64,000 bases of DNA from Spirochaetia bacterium (GCA_963668315.1 OY764216.1:1952001-2016000), one strand, 5' to 3'. Shown: positions 38,264 to 48,145, counted from the stretch's first letter. Translations and numbers: made by a program. Notes: generated by a model from the letters alone, not told the origin.

Positions 38264-38379
38264 ACCGATCATGGTGGCCATTATAGCCGCATTGGGGGAT
38301 TTTTTCAGCAGATTTGCGGAAAAAACGGGAAAAATCCTTTATGCTTACAAAAGATATAGGAAGTAAAGGGGTGTTTTCC

Positions 38380-41001
38380 ATGGGACGGTTATCGGACATT
38401 CTACCCGAAGGAGAAAGAATTCCTCGGATGAAAAAAATGGAGGATCTGCTGAGGCGCATCTACGGCGACGAGAAAGGAAAAGAGCGCTGCGTCTGGCTTA
38501 TCGACAGGATGGAGGCCTATCTCTCGTCTCTTCCGGCGGAGCGGATTGAGTCTCAGGCGGGCTTTGACCGGAACAAACCCTACGATCATCTGGCGGGAAA
38601 GGTATTCGTCATCGCCTACCCGGACAATGTATACGATGACGGGAACCGGACGCTCAAGACGCTCCATCAGGTCCTTTCCACCCGTTTCCCCGCCGTCGGA
38701 GGCGTGCATATCCTGCCGGAGCGGCCCATCAGTCACGGGGATATCTGGCCCCAGGACCTTTTTGATCTTACCGATCCGGGCAGGGCCCTTGCTGCGGTGG
38801 AGGAGCTGCAGCGGACGGGTTACCTCGATGAGAACCGCCGTGTCACGTCCCTCTGGGAGGAGAGCCCGGAACAGCTGGCCTCTCTGGACATACCCGGCCT
38901 GGAAGAGATTTTCCGCCAGGCCTGGAACTCCCATTTCAATGACGGCGGATTTTCCCAGAAAAGCCGGGACAGGGTGGACCCCCGCTTCGGTACGGCCGAA
39001 GATATCGCCCGTCTCGCCGGAGACTACGCGGTCATGCTGGATTACGTGGTGAACCATCTCGATTCGGACAGCGATGCCCTGGAAGCCTACAGGAGGGGAG
39101 AGGGAAGGGGAGACGCTTTCATTATCATCGATCCCGCCGAATACGAACACATAAAGCGGGAGGGACTTCTCGACGCGGCCTTCCGTCCCCGTCCCTTTCC
39201 CCTTTTCACGGGTATGAGAAAGTATCCCGGGGGCAGGCCGGCCGAGGCAAAGGATTGTGTCGCCGCCATGAACCGCCGCTTTACCGATGCCGGACTGAAG
39301 GCGGTTGATCCCGAGGTTCTCCTGATTATGTCCCTCTGGTTCAAAATGGTGAACGACCAGGGGCTGACCGCATCCGACGACAGAATCTACCGGAGCTTTC
39401 TCAAATGGACGGCCAAAAGAAAAATCGACAGGGACGCTTTTTCCCGGGATTCGGAAATTCAGAGCGGCCGGAGAGTTCTTACGGGGAGGGCCGCGGAGAG
39501 TCTGGAAGGTTTCGCCTCGTCCCTGGGGCTTTCCGAGGAGTACGGCAGAATCTTCAGAGAAGAGCAGGACGGGATATTCGGGGAGATTTTCTATGTCTAT
39601 ACAACCTTTTCCGAGTCTCAGGCCGATGTGAACCCCCTGAGCGATGAGGGATTCCATATGATATTTGACGATATGTTCTCCCTCATGGCCGACGGCGATC
39701 TGGCGATGATGCGCATGGATGCGATCAAGTATCTCTGGAAGGAGATAGGGAAGCGTAATTTCGACATGGAAGAGGGCAATCTTCTTATTCAGGTGATACG
39801 CCTTGCCCTGGAACTGACCGCTCCCCGCATCCGCCCCCTGGACGAGGTGAACAGCCCCGATCCGGTGGTGTATTCCATGGGCCGGGAAGGGGGATTTTAC
39901 TATCTCTTCGGCCAGGTGAATGGAGTGGCCGCCGCTTTCAATGAAAGAAGCCTGGCCCCCCTGGAACGGCTGAACGAGATGATGGAGGAGCAGCGTGCCG
40001 GCAACCTGGTGCTTTTTGTCATGCTCAGCACCCACGACGGCCGTTCCGTGCAGGGGCTCGGTGTGGACCGGACGGACGGCCATGTCTCCATCAGGGACTT
40101 CTACCGCCTTCAGAAAATCATCGAGGACCGGGGAGGCCGGCCCAAGTTCCGCTCCGTTCCGGCGGGTACGATACCCCGGGACACTTTCCATAAAATCTGC
40201 CATGAGCTTATCTGGGACGAGCATCGCGATGTTCTGGCGAGTCTTTTCCATCACGAGGGTGAGATTATGACCCTGCGGGAGAAGCAGAGCCGTGATTCGT
40301 TTCTGTCGGCCCTGTCCGATATAACGGGAGAACCGCCGGAGGAACTGGCGGAGAAGCCTCCGGTGGATTTCTGGCTGAACTGGACGATAGACGGGAAAAC
40401 GCCCTACGAACTGTGCGCGACATCCCGCTGCGCCTTTACCCTGGAGGGGATAGAATCTCCGGAACAGGAGGCCCGCCGGCTGGCCCTGGCCCAGCTCTAT
40501 GTGCTGACCATGGAGCAGGCGGTACCCGCCGTTTATATGAATGATCTCTGGGGGCTGGAAAACGACGAAGAGGGCTATGCCCTGAGCGGTAGGCCCCGTG
40601 ATCTGAACCGGCATAAATCCCACATCAGTGAGCTGGACTTCGATCATGATCCCTTCCGCAAGGCATATGTGCCCCTTATGAATCGGTTTATCGCCCTGCG
40701 CTCCGAAGACAGGGCTTTCTATCCGGGGGACGGCCATTTCGAATTCCTCTCACCGGGGGAAACGGTTTTCCTCAATCACGCCTTCGCCGGAGGGGAGCAC
40801 TCCTTTATCATGGGCAATATCTCCCCCGAACCGGCCGAAGTTCTTCTTCCCGTGGAAGAGCTGGAGGGAATAGAGAAACATGTGGGAAGAATGGAGGACC
40901 TTATTACGGGGGAACGTTTTACTCTCTCCTCGGGGGAACTGCATCTTATCATGGACGGATTCCAGGTCCGATGGTTTAAAATCCTTTCCGGAGGGGTATG
41001 A
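38380..41001 (+). CDS. GH13 subfamily 18-like glycoside phosphorylase (glucosylglycerate/sucrose phosphorylase-like) with large insertions
   Basis: HILP, DGGFS, VDPRFGT, DYVVNH, TTFS..QAD.N, RMDA (nucleophile), EVN (acid/base), THDG, PYE; ATG 38380 with AAGGGG RBS. Confidence 0.8.
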   Translation: MGRLSDILPEGERIPRMKKMEDLLRRIYGDEKGKERCVWLIDRMEAYLSSLPAERIESQAGFDRNKPYDHLAGKVFVIAYPDNVYDDGNRTLKTLHQVLSTRFPAVGGVHILPERPISHGDIWPQDLFDLTDPGRALAAVEELQRTGYLDENRRVTSLWEESPEQLASLDIPGLEEIFRQAWNSHFNDGGFSQKSRDRVDPRFGTAEDIARLAGDYAVMLDYVVNHLDSDSDALEAYRRGEGRGDAFIIIDPAEYEHIKREGLLDAAFRPRPFPLFTGMRKYPGGRPAEAKDCVAAMNRRFTDAGLKAVDPEVLLIMSLWFKMVNDQGLTASDDRIYRSFLKWTAKRKIDRDAFSRDSEIQSGRRVLTGRAAESLEGFASSLGLSEEYGRIFREEQDGIFGEIFYVYTTFSESQADVNPLSDEGFHMIFDDMFSLMADGDLAMMRMDAIKYLWKEIGKRNFDMEEGNLLIQVIRLALELTAPRIRPLDEVNSPDPVVYSMGREGGFYYLFGQVNGVAAAFNERSLAPLERLNEMMEEQRAGNLVLFVMLSTHDGRSVQGLGVDRTDGHVSIRDFYRLQKIIEDRGGRPKFRSVPAGTIPRDTFHKICHELIWDEHRDVLASLFHHEGEIMTLREKQSRDSFLSALSDITGEPPEELAEKPPVDFWLNWTIDGKTPYELCATSRCAFTLEGIESPEQEARRLALAQLYVLTMEQAVPAVYMNDLWGLENDEEGYALSGRPRDLNRHKSHISELDFDHDPFRKAYVPLMNRFIALRSEDRAFYPGDGHFEFLSPGETVFLNHAFAGGEHSFIMGNISPEPAEVLLPVEELEGIEKHVGRMEDLITGERFTLSSGELHLIMDGFQVRWFKILSGGV

Positions 41002-41690
41002 TATTGTCCGGACAAGCTGCGCCCCATTGGTCCGAGGCCTGCCCTCTCTGCGGGAAAGCGGGAGGGCACGGGCTTTTTTTCGAGGATAAATTCCGCCCCT
41101 ACTACCGCTGTCCCCGCTGTGGGCTTATCTTCGTCCCTTCCCCCTGGCAGGTTTCGGCGGAGAGGGAAAAGGCCCGCTATGATCAGCATAACAACGATCC
41201 CGCAGACCGGGGATACCGGGAGTTCCTGGGGAGGATCATTCCCTTTATGGAAGAGTTCCTGACTCCCCGATGCCGGAAGGGGCTGGATTTCGGCTGCGGT
41301 CCCGGTCCGGTCCTGGCGGAGATGCTTGAAAAGAAGGGCTATGCCATGGAAACCTACGATCTTTACTACCGGAACGACCCTGCCGTGCTGAAGGACGGGG
41401 CCTACGACTTTGTTACGGCTACGGAAGTCATTGAGCATCTGGCCGATCCGGGAAGTATGGTCGACAGGCTTCTTTCTCTTGTCAGGCCGGGGGGGATTCT
41501 GGCTTTGATGACCCGGTTCTTTGAGGAGGAGACGGATTTCAAAACCTGGTTCTACAAGGACGACGAGACCCATATATCCTTTTTCTCCCGGGAAAGTTTT
41601 CTCCGGATGGGAGAGGACAGGGGCCGGGAGGTGAGCTTTCGGGACAAGGATATGGTAATAATTAAAAGGGGAGCGGCCGATAATGACTAA
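40998..41690 (+). CDS. Class I SAM-dependent methyltransferase with N-terminal Zn ribbon
   Basis: CPLC...CPRC; LDFGCGPGP; EVIEHL. Confidence 0.85.
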   Translation: MILSGQAAPHWSEACPLCGKAGGHGLFFEDKFRPYYRCPRCGLIFVPSPWQVSAEREKARYDQHNNDPADRGYREFLGRIIPFMEEFLTPRCRKGLDFGCGPGPVLAEMLEKKGYAMETYDLYYRNDPAVLKDGAYDFVTATEVIEHLADPGSMVDRLLSLVRPGGILALMTRFFEEETDFKTWFYKDDETHISFFSRESFLRMGEDRGREVSFRDKDMVIIKRGAADND

Positions 41691-42813
41691 TATGAAAGGT
41701 AAATACGTTTTTCCCGTTATTATATTACTGCTGACAGCTTCTTTCTTTTTAAACGCCGATGACCTGACCATCCAGAAGGGCGATATTTATATTGAGATCG
41801 CTCCGGGCAGTGACGGATTTGACCTCTGGATAAAAGCCGGGGAAGGTCTGGGCTCTGTCCTCCTCTCCGAATCCAGTGCCGATCCGGATATGCGGGCCGA
41901 CTCCTTTACCCTCAGGGCCTATGAATACAACGAAGTCAACGGCGACGAAAAACGTATCCTCAACGGAAAATTCATGGAGTCCTCCAATCCCCTGTATTTT
42001 CTCATGGATTCCACTCCCGAATATAACGAAGTCTTCGGTTCCGAGGCTTTCCACGTATTCGTCCCCCTCAATGTCACCTACGGGTACAGTTATCCCGGCA
42101 GCCGTGAGGGGCAGATAGAAATTCGAAAGGGCACCTGGCTGAACATCAGGGCCTTCGAACTGCCCTATGCCGATTACGCCGGGGCCTACCGGGACAATCC
42201 GTTCATTCTCTCCATGGAAGAGCTGCCTCCTCCCACTCCCCCCGCCCTGGAAGTGGAGAAGGAGGAGAAGATTTTCACCGCCGTAGCCGATGAGACCGAG
42301 GGCGTGTTCACTCCTGTGAGCAATACGGAAGCCGCGGCCAAGCGTATCGCCGAGCTGATTACCCGGGGCGACGATGTGGATGTGGTCCTGGTTATCGATA
42401 CCACCATCAGCATGAAAAACGACGTCGCCTTCCTGAGGCAGAATCTTCTGCCCATGGTGGAAGAGCAGATTATGAGCTACAGCCATTTCCGTATCGGAAT
42501 GGTTCTTTACCGGGACTACAAGGATGCCTACCTTACCCATGATTTCCCCTTCGAGTATGATCTGGACGCCATTCAGGGCCGTCTTAACATGATCACCGTC
42601 GACGGGGGAGGGGATAAACAGGAAGCGGTCTATGAAGGACTGTACGAGGCGATTATCGCCTATGACTGGCAGGCGTCCAACAGACTGATTATTCAGGTGG
42701 GCGATGCCATGCCCCACACCTATCCCAAGGGCAAGATAACCGAGGACATGGTCTTTGATGCGGCCCGGAGGATGGGCATTCAGATCTACCCGATCCTTCT
42801 GCCCGACGATTAA
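41683..42813 (+). CDS. Secreted von Willebrand factor A domain protein
   Basis: Signal peptide; Pro-rich linker; VLVIDTTISM MIDAS, YRD, GGGD..EA, VGDA.PH. Confidence 0.85.
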   Translation: MTNMKGKYVFPVIILLLTASFFLNADDLTIQKGDIYIEIAPGSDGFDLWIKAGEGLGSVLLSESSADPDMRADSFTLRAYEYNEVNGDEKRILNGKFMESSNPLYFLMDSTPEYNEVFGSEAFHVFVPLNVTYGYSYPGSREGQIEIRKGTWLNIRAFELPYADYAGAYRDNPFILSMEELPPPTPPALEVEKEEKIFTAVADETEGVFTPVSNTEAAAKRIAELITRGDDVDVVLVIDTTISMKNDVAFLRQNLLPMVEEQIMSYSHFRIGMVLYRDYKDAYLTHDFPFEYDLDAIQGRLNMITVDGGGDKQEAVYEGLYEAIIAYDWQASNRLIIQVGDAMPHTYPKGKITEDMVFDAARRMGIQIYPILLPDD

Positions 42814-42816
42814 GAG

Positions 42817-42852
42817 AATACCCCTGTCCGGCAGCATCTGTCAGGGGGTATT
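42817..42852. terminator. Probable bidirectional terminator between convergent vWA and pcm genes
   Basis: AATACCCCTG...CAGGGGGTATT inverted repeat. Confidence 0.6.
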
Positions 42853-42907
42853 TATCCAATCCGCACACGGCCGATAGCTCCCTTGAAGCGCTTTGGGGAT
42901 GGGGAAA

Positions 42908-43522
42908 TTACTGGATCAGGGGAACAAAACTGAATCCGAAGAACGTCTCTTTTACGAAACGGTCCCCCCTTTTCTGAACTTTCCAGAGGGAGTGGCCCAC
43001 AGGAATAACCAGGATGCCTCTCTCATTAAGCTGATCGGTCAGCCGGAAGGGAAAGGTCCTCGCCGCCGCCGAGACGAGGATGCGGTCAAAAAGCTGACCC
43101 GGAAGGCCCAGCTCCGGACCGGCGGGTATAATTTGCGCCCAGCCGAAGGGGTAGCGGCCCAGGTTGCGGCGGCCGAAGTTCACCAGTTCGCTGTGCCTCT
43201 CCACGCCCGTCACTGAGCCGCCCTCCGCCGTTATGCAGGCGAGCAGGGCCGTCGTCCAGCCCGATCCGGAACCGATATCCAGTATTTTAAGGCCCCTTGC
43301 CATTTCCAGAAGTTCCAGCATGAAGGCCACGGTATAGGGCTGGCTGATGGTCTGACCGCAGAGAATGGGCAGGGGGTTGTCATTATAGCACTCCCTTTTC
43401 GACTCGGAAAGAATAAAGTCGGCTCGGTCTATCCTGCGGAAAGCCTCCAGGAGAAGAGGGCTTTTCAGAACGTCTTGCCTTTGCAGGCTCTCAATGAGCC
43501 TCTGCCCGGGATCCATCTGCAT
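42908..43522 (-). CDS. pcm: Protein-L-isoaspartate O-methyltransferase
   Basis: GQTISQPYTVAFML, ILDIGSGSGW, FDRILVSAA, FVPL. Confidence 0.92.
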   Translation of the reverse strand: MQMDPGQRLIESLQRQDVLKSPLLLEAFRRIDRADFILSESKRECYNDNPLPILCGQTISQPYTVAFMLELLEMARGLKILDIGSGSGWTTALLACITAEGGSVTGVERHSELVNFGRRNLGRYPFGWAQIIPAGPELGLPGQLFDRILVSAAARTFPFRLTDQLNERGILVIPVGHSLWKVQKRGDRFVKETFFGFSFVPLIQ

Positions 43523-43657
43523 CCACCTCCTGGCCCCTTATGGTGAAATTATAGGAAATTTTTAGAGAGGAAACAAAGAAAAGGGAGAAGTCATCCCTTA
43601 TAATTAAAGACAAAGGGAGAAAGGAGTGCTTATCCGGCTGGACGGAGGCAGGCCTTT

Positions 43658-44149
43658 ATGAAGAGTTTTCGATGTTTCTTTCTCTTGCTGATCTGCTCTG
43701 TAAGCGGCGGAAGCTGTTTCCAGCTCTACCACTTTGTGGATTATTACTTTGAGGACAAGGCTCAGGGGCACAGGCTGTATGAGATTCCCCTCTTCCATCA
43801 GATAAATAACAGGGAGTGGGCTTCCTCTTTGCTGGCCGCCCAGATCACCTGGATAGAGGATAAGGAGGATTCCTGGTGGGATCCGGAAACCACATGGACT
43901 CTCGGTCGGGGAGACTGCGAAGATATCGCCATACTCTACCTGAATATTCTTTACTTCGGAACGGGGCGTAAGGGCAAGCTGGTCCTTGTGGGATACGGCA
44001 AGGAGATTGTAAACGGGGGGTTCGGGACAAAACACTGCATCGTCCAGTTCGACGGAGAGTACTTTGATCCCATCACCGGGACTGCCTACGGCAAAAGCGA
44101 AATCATGTACGAATACAGCTTCGACACGGTTTTCAGTGCGTCCTTCTGA
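43658..44149 (+). CDS. Secreted/lipoprotein transglutaminase-like cysteine peptidase (BTLCP/LapG-like)
   Basis: W..P.ET...GRGDCEDIA (Cys), HC (His), FDP (Asp); N-terminal signal peptide. Confidence 0.7.
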   Translation: MKSFRCFFLLLICSVSGGSCFQLYHFVDYYFEDKAQGHRLYEIPLFHQINNREWASSLLAAQITWIEDKEDSWWDPETTWTLGRGDCEDIAILYLNILYFGTGRKGKLVLVGYGKEIVNGGFGTKHCIVQFDGEYFDPITGTAYGKSEIMYEYSFDTVFSASF

Positions 44150-44152
44150 TCA

Positions 44153-44177
44153 TCTCCTCCGGGAGCCCCGGAGGAGA
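44153..44177. terminator. 11-bp perfect hairpin between convergent genes
   Basis: TCTCCTCCGGG-AGC-CCCGGAGGAGA. Confidence 0.6.
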
Positions 44178-44183
44178 AGGGAT

Positions 44184-45083
44184 TTAACGTGCTTCTTCCA
44201 CCAGCTTCATGAACCGCCGGCCGTATTCCACGTAGTTTTTGTACATGACTTCATCACGGTTTGTCGAGTTCTCCTCATGGAAGACAATCGTCATATGGGG
44301 CTCAATGGAGAATCCGCCGTCGTAACCGCTCTTTAAAAGGTCGGCAACTATCTCCTTCACCTTTCCCTGTCCCTCTCCGGGGAAGGTCCAGCGGGAGTTG
44401 TTAAAAACCTGGTCCGGTTGTAGCTCCTGGAAAATCCCGTCTTTGATATGGACGTAGCCAATATGCTCCTTAACGGCCTGGTAGAACTGCCAGGCATCCT
44501 GCATACGGGACATGTCGCTGAAGCGGTAATCCACCGAGTTGACCGGATTCCCCGTATCAAAGAGAAAACGGAAGGCGGGGGATTTCACATTCTCAATCAG
44601 CCTGAGGGCATGATCGGAGGACATCCCGCCGTAATTGGCGCAGTTCTCATGCATGTAGAGAGCTCCGGCGTCTTCGCACATCTTCGCCAGCTCTTCCACC
44701 CGGGAAAAAATGAGTCTCTCCAGTTCGGGGGTATAGACAGAGGCGTCCCTTATGCGGGTGAAACTCATGCCCCTTATCATGCTGCAGCCGAGTTTTTCCA
44801 TGCGGACAAGGGCCCGCTTCAGTTCGTCCCGGCTTTTGATCCAGTCCTCCTCGGAACGGGGATCGCGGCTCCAGTTGGCCACGGTACTGCCGAAACAGTT
44901 GATTTTCACCCCGCTGTCGGCCAGCATCCCCGCCGCCTTTTCAAAGGCTTCCTCGCTCAGCTCATGGATATTGACGCCGTCGATATTGCGGGATTCGATA
45001 TAATCCCATCCCAGTTCCTTCGTCGCTTTTATCTGTCCTCCCAGCCCGACGGAAGCTTCGTCGGCAAATCCGGAGTAGTACAT
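44184..45083 (-). CDS. Sugar phosphate isomerase/epimerase (xylose-isomerase-like TIM barrel)
   Basis: GFADE, HENC, FDTGN, HIKD, SIEPH metal motifs. Confidence 0.88.
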   Translation of the reverse strand: MYYSGFADEASVGLGGQIKATKELGWDYIESRNIDGVNIHELSEEAFEKAAGMLADSGVKINCFGSTVANWSRDPRSEEDWIKSRDELKRALVRMEKLGCSMIRGMSFTRIRDASVYTPELERLIFSRVEELAKMCEDAGALYMHENCANYGGMSSDHALRLIENVKSPAFRFLFDTGNPVNSVDYRFSDMSRMQDAWQFYQAVKEHIGYVHIKDGIFQELQPDQVFNNSRWTFPGEGQGKVKEIVADLLKSGYDGGFSIEPHMTIVFHEENSTNRDEVMYKNYVEYGRRFMKLVEEAR

Positions 45084-45874
45084 TATTTCACTCCCATCCT
45101 GATCAGGTTATCGTAGGAAATCTTGATGGATTCGAAGATATCCCTATCCTCGAAAGGCGCATCCTGTTCGACCACGACCCAGCGGACTCCGGTATCTTCG
45201 CAGGCTTCGATGATGGCCGGCCAGTTCAGGTTCCCTTCGCCCACTTCGCAGAAGTTGATCTCGAAATCCCACATCTTGCCGCGGACGGCGTAATCCTTGA
45301 AGTGGCAGACAGGCATGCGGCCTTCCACTTTTTTGATCCAGTCGATCGGATTATGTCCGCCCCGCTGGACCCAGTGTACATCGATTTCGGCATGGAAGGT
45401 TTTCGGATCGGTTTCATCGTAGAGCCTTTCCAGCCAGAGTTTGTCCCTGCCCGCTTTTCTGAATTCGAAGTGGTGATTGTGGTATCCGAAGCGGATGCCC
45501 TCGGCGGCGAAGCGCCGGCCGAACTCATCCAGCTCGGCGATGAGTTTTGTCGTTTTCTCCTCGTCCGGATCCCATTCGAAGCCGGGGGACCCGATGGCGG
45601 CGAAGTCGCACTCCCACAGTTTGAGTTTTTTCACCACACCGTCGAAGTTGTCCCTCAGATCCTGAAGGTTCTCGTGGGTGGCGCAGACGTAGAGGCCGTA
45701 CTTGTCCAGCTTCTCCTTAACGATTTCCGGGGCCACGGCCACTCCGGAAACCTGTACGGCCTGATAGCCGATCTCCTTGACGCGGGCCAGTGTGGAATCC
45801 AGGTCTTCGGCGGTTTTGCAGTAATCTCTCAGATTGTAAAGGGTTACGCCGATTTTCGTGTTCGGTTCTTTCAT
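45083..45874 (-). CDS. Sugar phosphate isomerase/epimerase (IolE/AP-endonuclease-2 TIM barrel)
   Basis: LYNLRD, YHNH..EF, EID.HW, HFKD, VEQD. Confidence 0.88.
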   Translation of the reverse strand: MKEPNTKIGVTLYNLRDYCKTAEDLDSTLARVKEIGYQAVQVSGVAVAPEIVKEKLDKYGLYVCATHENLQDLRDNFDGVVKKLKLWECDFAAIGSPGFEWDPDEEKTTKLIAELDEFGRRFAAEGIRFGYHNHHFEFRKAGRDKLWLERLYDETDPKTFHAEIDVHWVQRGGHNPIDWIKKVEGRMPVCHFKDYAVRGKMWDFEINFCEVGEGNLNWPAIIEACEDTGVRWVVVEQDAPFEDRDIFESIKISYDNLIRMGVK

Positions 45875-45886
45875 AGGGGTTTCTCC

Positions 45887-47050
45887 TTAGAAGGACTGAC
45901 CGAAGTCGTCCGCGGTGCTATTCACGACTTCCTTCTTGAAAGTCGAGCCGGCGATAAGTTCTTTGAGCTTGTTTTCGAAGGCATCTTCGTCAACGGGAAG
46001 GTCCACCATCTTTTTCTCAAAGCCCGAAAGCATAATGGCATTGTCCATGGCAATGGAGTGAATGCCCTCTTCGGCGGGGGCGATAAGATCCTTACCTTCG
46101 GCGATGGCGTCGCAGAAGTTCTCTATGATGAGAGCATGCACTCCCCCCGTCTCCTCGAAGGGAATGTCGCAGGTCCAGCATTCCGGTTTGGCAAAGCCCC
46201 CCTCGGCGGTCTTCAGATGGTCCAGAAGGGACTCCCGGTTGCGGTAGAATGTCAGTTTATCCCCTTCCCAGACCAGTTTCCCCTGTTCGCCCACAATCTC
46301 CAGGCGGTTGGTTCCGGGGGCTTCGCCGGTGGTGGTGATGAAGTGCCCCACCATGCCGTTATCGTACTCGAAATAGGCGGTTACCTCGTCTTCCACTTCG
46401 ATGTTATGGTATTTGCCTATGGAGATGAAGCCCTGGACACGGTCGGGCCGTCCCACGAACCACTGGTACATATCCAGCTGATGGGGGCACTGGTTCATGA
46501 GAACCCCGCCGCCTTCGCCCTCCCAGGTGGCCCTCCAGCCTCCGGAGTTGTAATAGGACTGGGTCCTGTACCAGTCGGTGATGATCCAGGTGGTGCGGAT
46601 GAGCTTGCCCAGTTCACCCGAGTCGATCAGATCCTTGATCTTCAGGGCCGGACCGCGGGTCCTCTGCTGGAACATGGCGGAAAAAACAAGGTCTTCCTTC
46701 TTCTTTTTCGCCTCCTCATAGGCGTTTATCATTTTGCGGATATCCTTGACATGGACGCCCACCGGCTTTTCGGTGAGTACATTTACCCCATGGGCGAAAG
46801 CTTCGACGGCAATGGTCGTATGGGCGTAATGGGGAGTGGCGATAATCACGCCGTCAATACCGCCGGCGGCGAACATATCCGCCGTGGAGTAATAGGCCTT
46901 GCATCCGTATTTCCCGGCCTTTTCATCGGCCTTCTTTCTGTCCACATCGCAGACGCAGACCAGTTCGGCCTTCTCCATGCCGTCGATATCGGCGCAGTGG
47001 CTGGTTCCCATATTACCCAGTCCTACGACGGCCAGTTTTACTTGTTTCAT
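45887..47050 (-). CDS. Gfo/Idh/MocA-family NAD(P)-dependent oxidoreductase
   Basis: GLGNMG, ATPH, EKP, WRATW.GEGGGVLMNQCPH, EVED; ATG 47050 with AAGGAG RBS. Confidence 0.92.
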   Translation of the reverse strand: MKQVKLAVVGLGNMGTSHCADIDGMEKAELVCVCDVDRKKADEKAGKYGCKAYYSTADMFAAGGIDGVIIATPHYAHTTIAVEAFAHGVNVLTEKPVGVHVKDIRKMINAYEEAKKKKEDLVFSAMFQQRTRGPALKIKDLIDSGELGKLIRTTWIITDWYRTQSYYNSGGWRATWEGEGGGVLMNQCPHQLDMYQWFVGRPDRVQGFISIGKYHNIEVEDEVTAYFEYDNGMVGHFITTTGEAPGTNRLEIVGEQGKLVWEGDKLTFYRNRESLLDHLKTAEGGFAKPECWTCDIPFEETGGVHALIIENFCDAIAEGKDLIAPAEEGIHSIAMDNAIMLSGFEKKMVDLPVDEDAFENKLKELIAGSTFKKEVVNSTADDFGQSF

Positions 47051-48138
47051 GCTTTCTCTCCTTTGTATGGTAACGTTTCCGGTTTCGTCCAGCCGGACAA
47101 AGGCAGGGAAACGGGTGATCCCGAAAAGTGGGACTGATAGACGGCCAGTACCGCCTCGGTCGAATCGGCCAGGGAATCCAGGCTGACAAGGGGGGATGTT
47201 TTCGTTTCGAGGGCCGTGAGGAAATCGGCATAGTTGCGGCTGTGAAGAGAGCCGTAGCACTCCTTTCCCGGTGCCTTCTCCTCCACCTCTTCCAGAGAGG
47301 CGGACAGCTTTTCCGTCAGGGCTGGATCGGTGCAGGTAAATTCTTCGCTGCCGATAAGAGTGAGTTCATGCTTTGATCCTTTAAAACGGATTTCCGGCTG
47401 CCAGGAAGTGACCAGGTCGTTCTGCAGGGACAGGGAAACCCGGTCGGTCCTGCCTTTCTCATAGAAGAATACCGCTTCGGCCCGGTCCTCCACTTCGATC
47501 ATGGGGAGTTTCTCCCTGAAAAGGTTTCCCTCTATTCTGTCGGGCATACCTGCCAGCTGAATGAGAAGGTCCATGGTATGGATGGCCTGATTGATGATGA
47601 GTCCGCCCCCCTCGGTATCCCATTTCCCGCGCCACGGATCGGAACCGTAATACTCTTCGTTCCGTGTGCAGAGGAAGCTGAGTGATACCTCTTCAAGGGT
47701 TCCCAGCTCTTCCTTGTCCAGAATCCCGGCGACCTCCTGGACAAGGGGGGAAAAGCGGTGCTGAAAAATGCCTCCCGTGATGAGCCCCTTTTTGAAACCC
47801 GCTCTGGCGGCTTCCTTCATGGAGCTGAGCTGTTCCAGGTTCACTCCCATCGGTTTTTCGCAGATAACATGCTTTCCCGCTTCCAGGCAGTCGATAAGGG
47901 CGGGGGCGTGCAGATAATGGGGCAGGCAGATAGCCACCGCATCGATATCGGGCGAAGCGAGCATCTCTTTCCAGTCTTCGAAGAGGAGGATATTCCGGTC
48001 TTCCGCCAGTTTTTCCATCCTGTCCCGGCGCAGATCGCACAGGGCGGCCAGTTCGGCCTTTTCATTTCCATCAATTGCCCATATATGGGTGGGGGCGATC
48101 ACTCCGCAACCCAGAACGGCGAAACGTATTTTTTCCAT
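47047..48138 (-). CDS. Gfo/Idh/MocA-family NAD(P)-dependent oxidoreductase
   Basis: GCGVIA, CLPH, CEKP, WRGKW.TEGGG..INQAIH, EVED. Confidence 0.92.
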   Translation of the reverse strand: MEKIRFAVLGCGVIAPTHIWAIDGNEKAELAALCDLRRDRMEKLAEDRNILLFEDWKEMLASPDIDAVAICLPHYLHAPALIDCLEAGKHVICEKPMGVNLEQLSSMKEAARAGFKKGLITGGIFQHRFSPLVQEVAGILDKEELGTLEEVSLSFLCTRNEEYYGSDPWRGKWDTEGGGLIINQAIHTMDLLIQLAGMPDRIEGNLFREKLPMIEVEDRAEAVFFYEKGRTDRVSLSLQNDLVTSWQPEIRFKGSKHELTLIGSEEFTCTDPALTEKLSASLEEVEEKAPGKECYGSLHSRNYADFLTALETKTSPLVSLDSLADSTEAVLAVYQSHFSGSPVSLPLSGWTKPETLPYKGEKA

Positions 48139-48145
48139 GAGAAGC

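Noticed and set aside
38401..40737. 778-aa antisense ORF (likewise 9590-10927, 21403-22962, 35486-36826, 45302-47137, 51602-53098 and others)
   Set aside because: Shadow frames opposite well-supported genes; no recognisable motifs or RBS; expected from codon bias in GC-rich coding DNA
47051..47260. N-terminal extensions in the ORF track (45887-47260, 47047-48219, 28630, 20125, 38314, 55456, 16371)
   Set aside because: Upstream TTG/GTG/ATG starts overlap neighbouring genes or promoters; downstream starts have an RBS or promoter geometry and match domain boundaries
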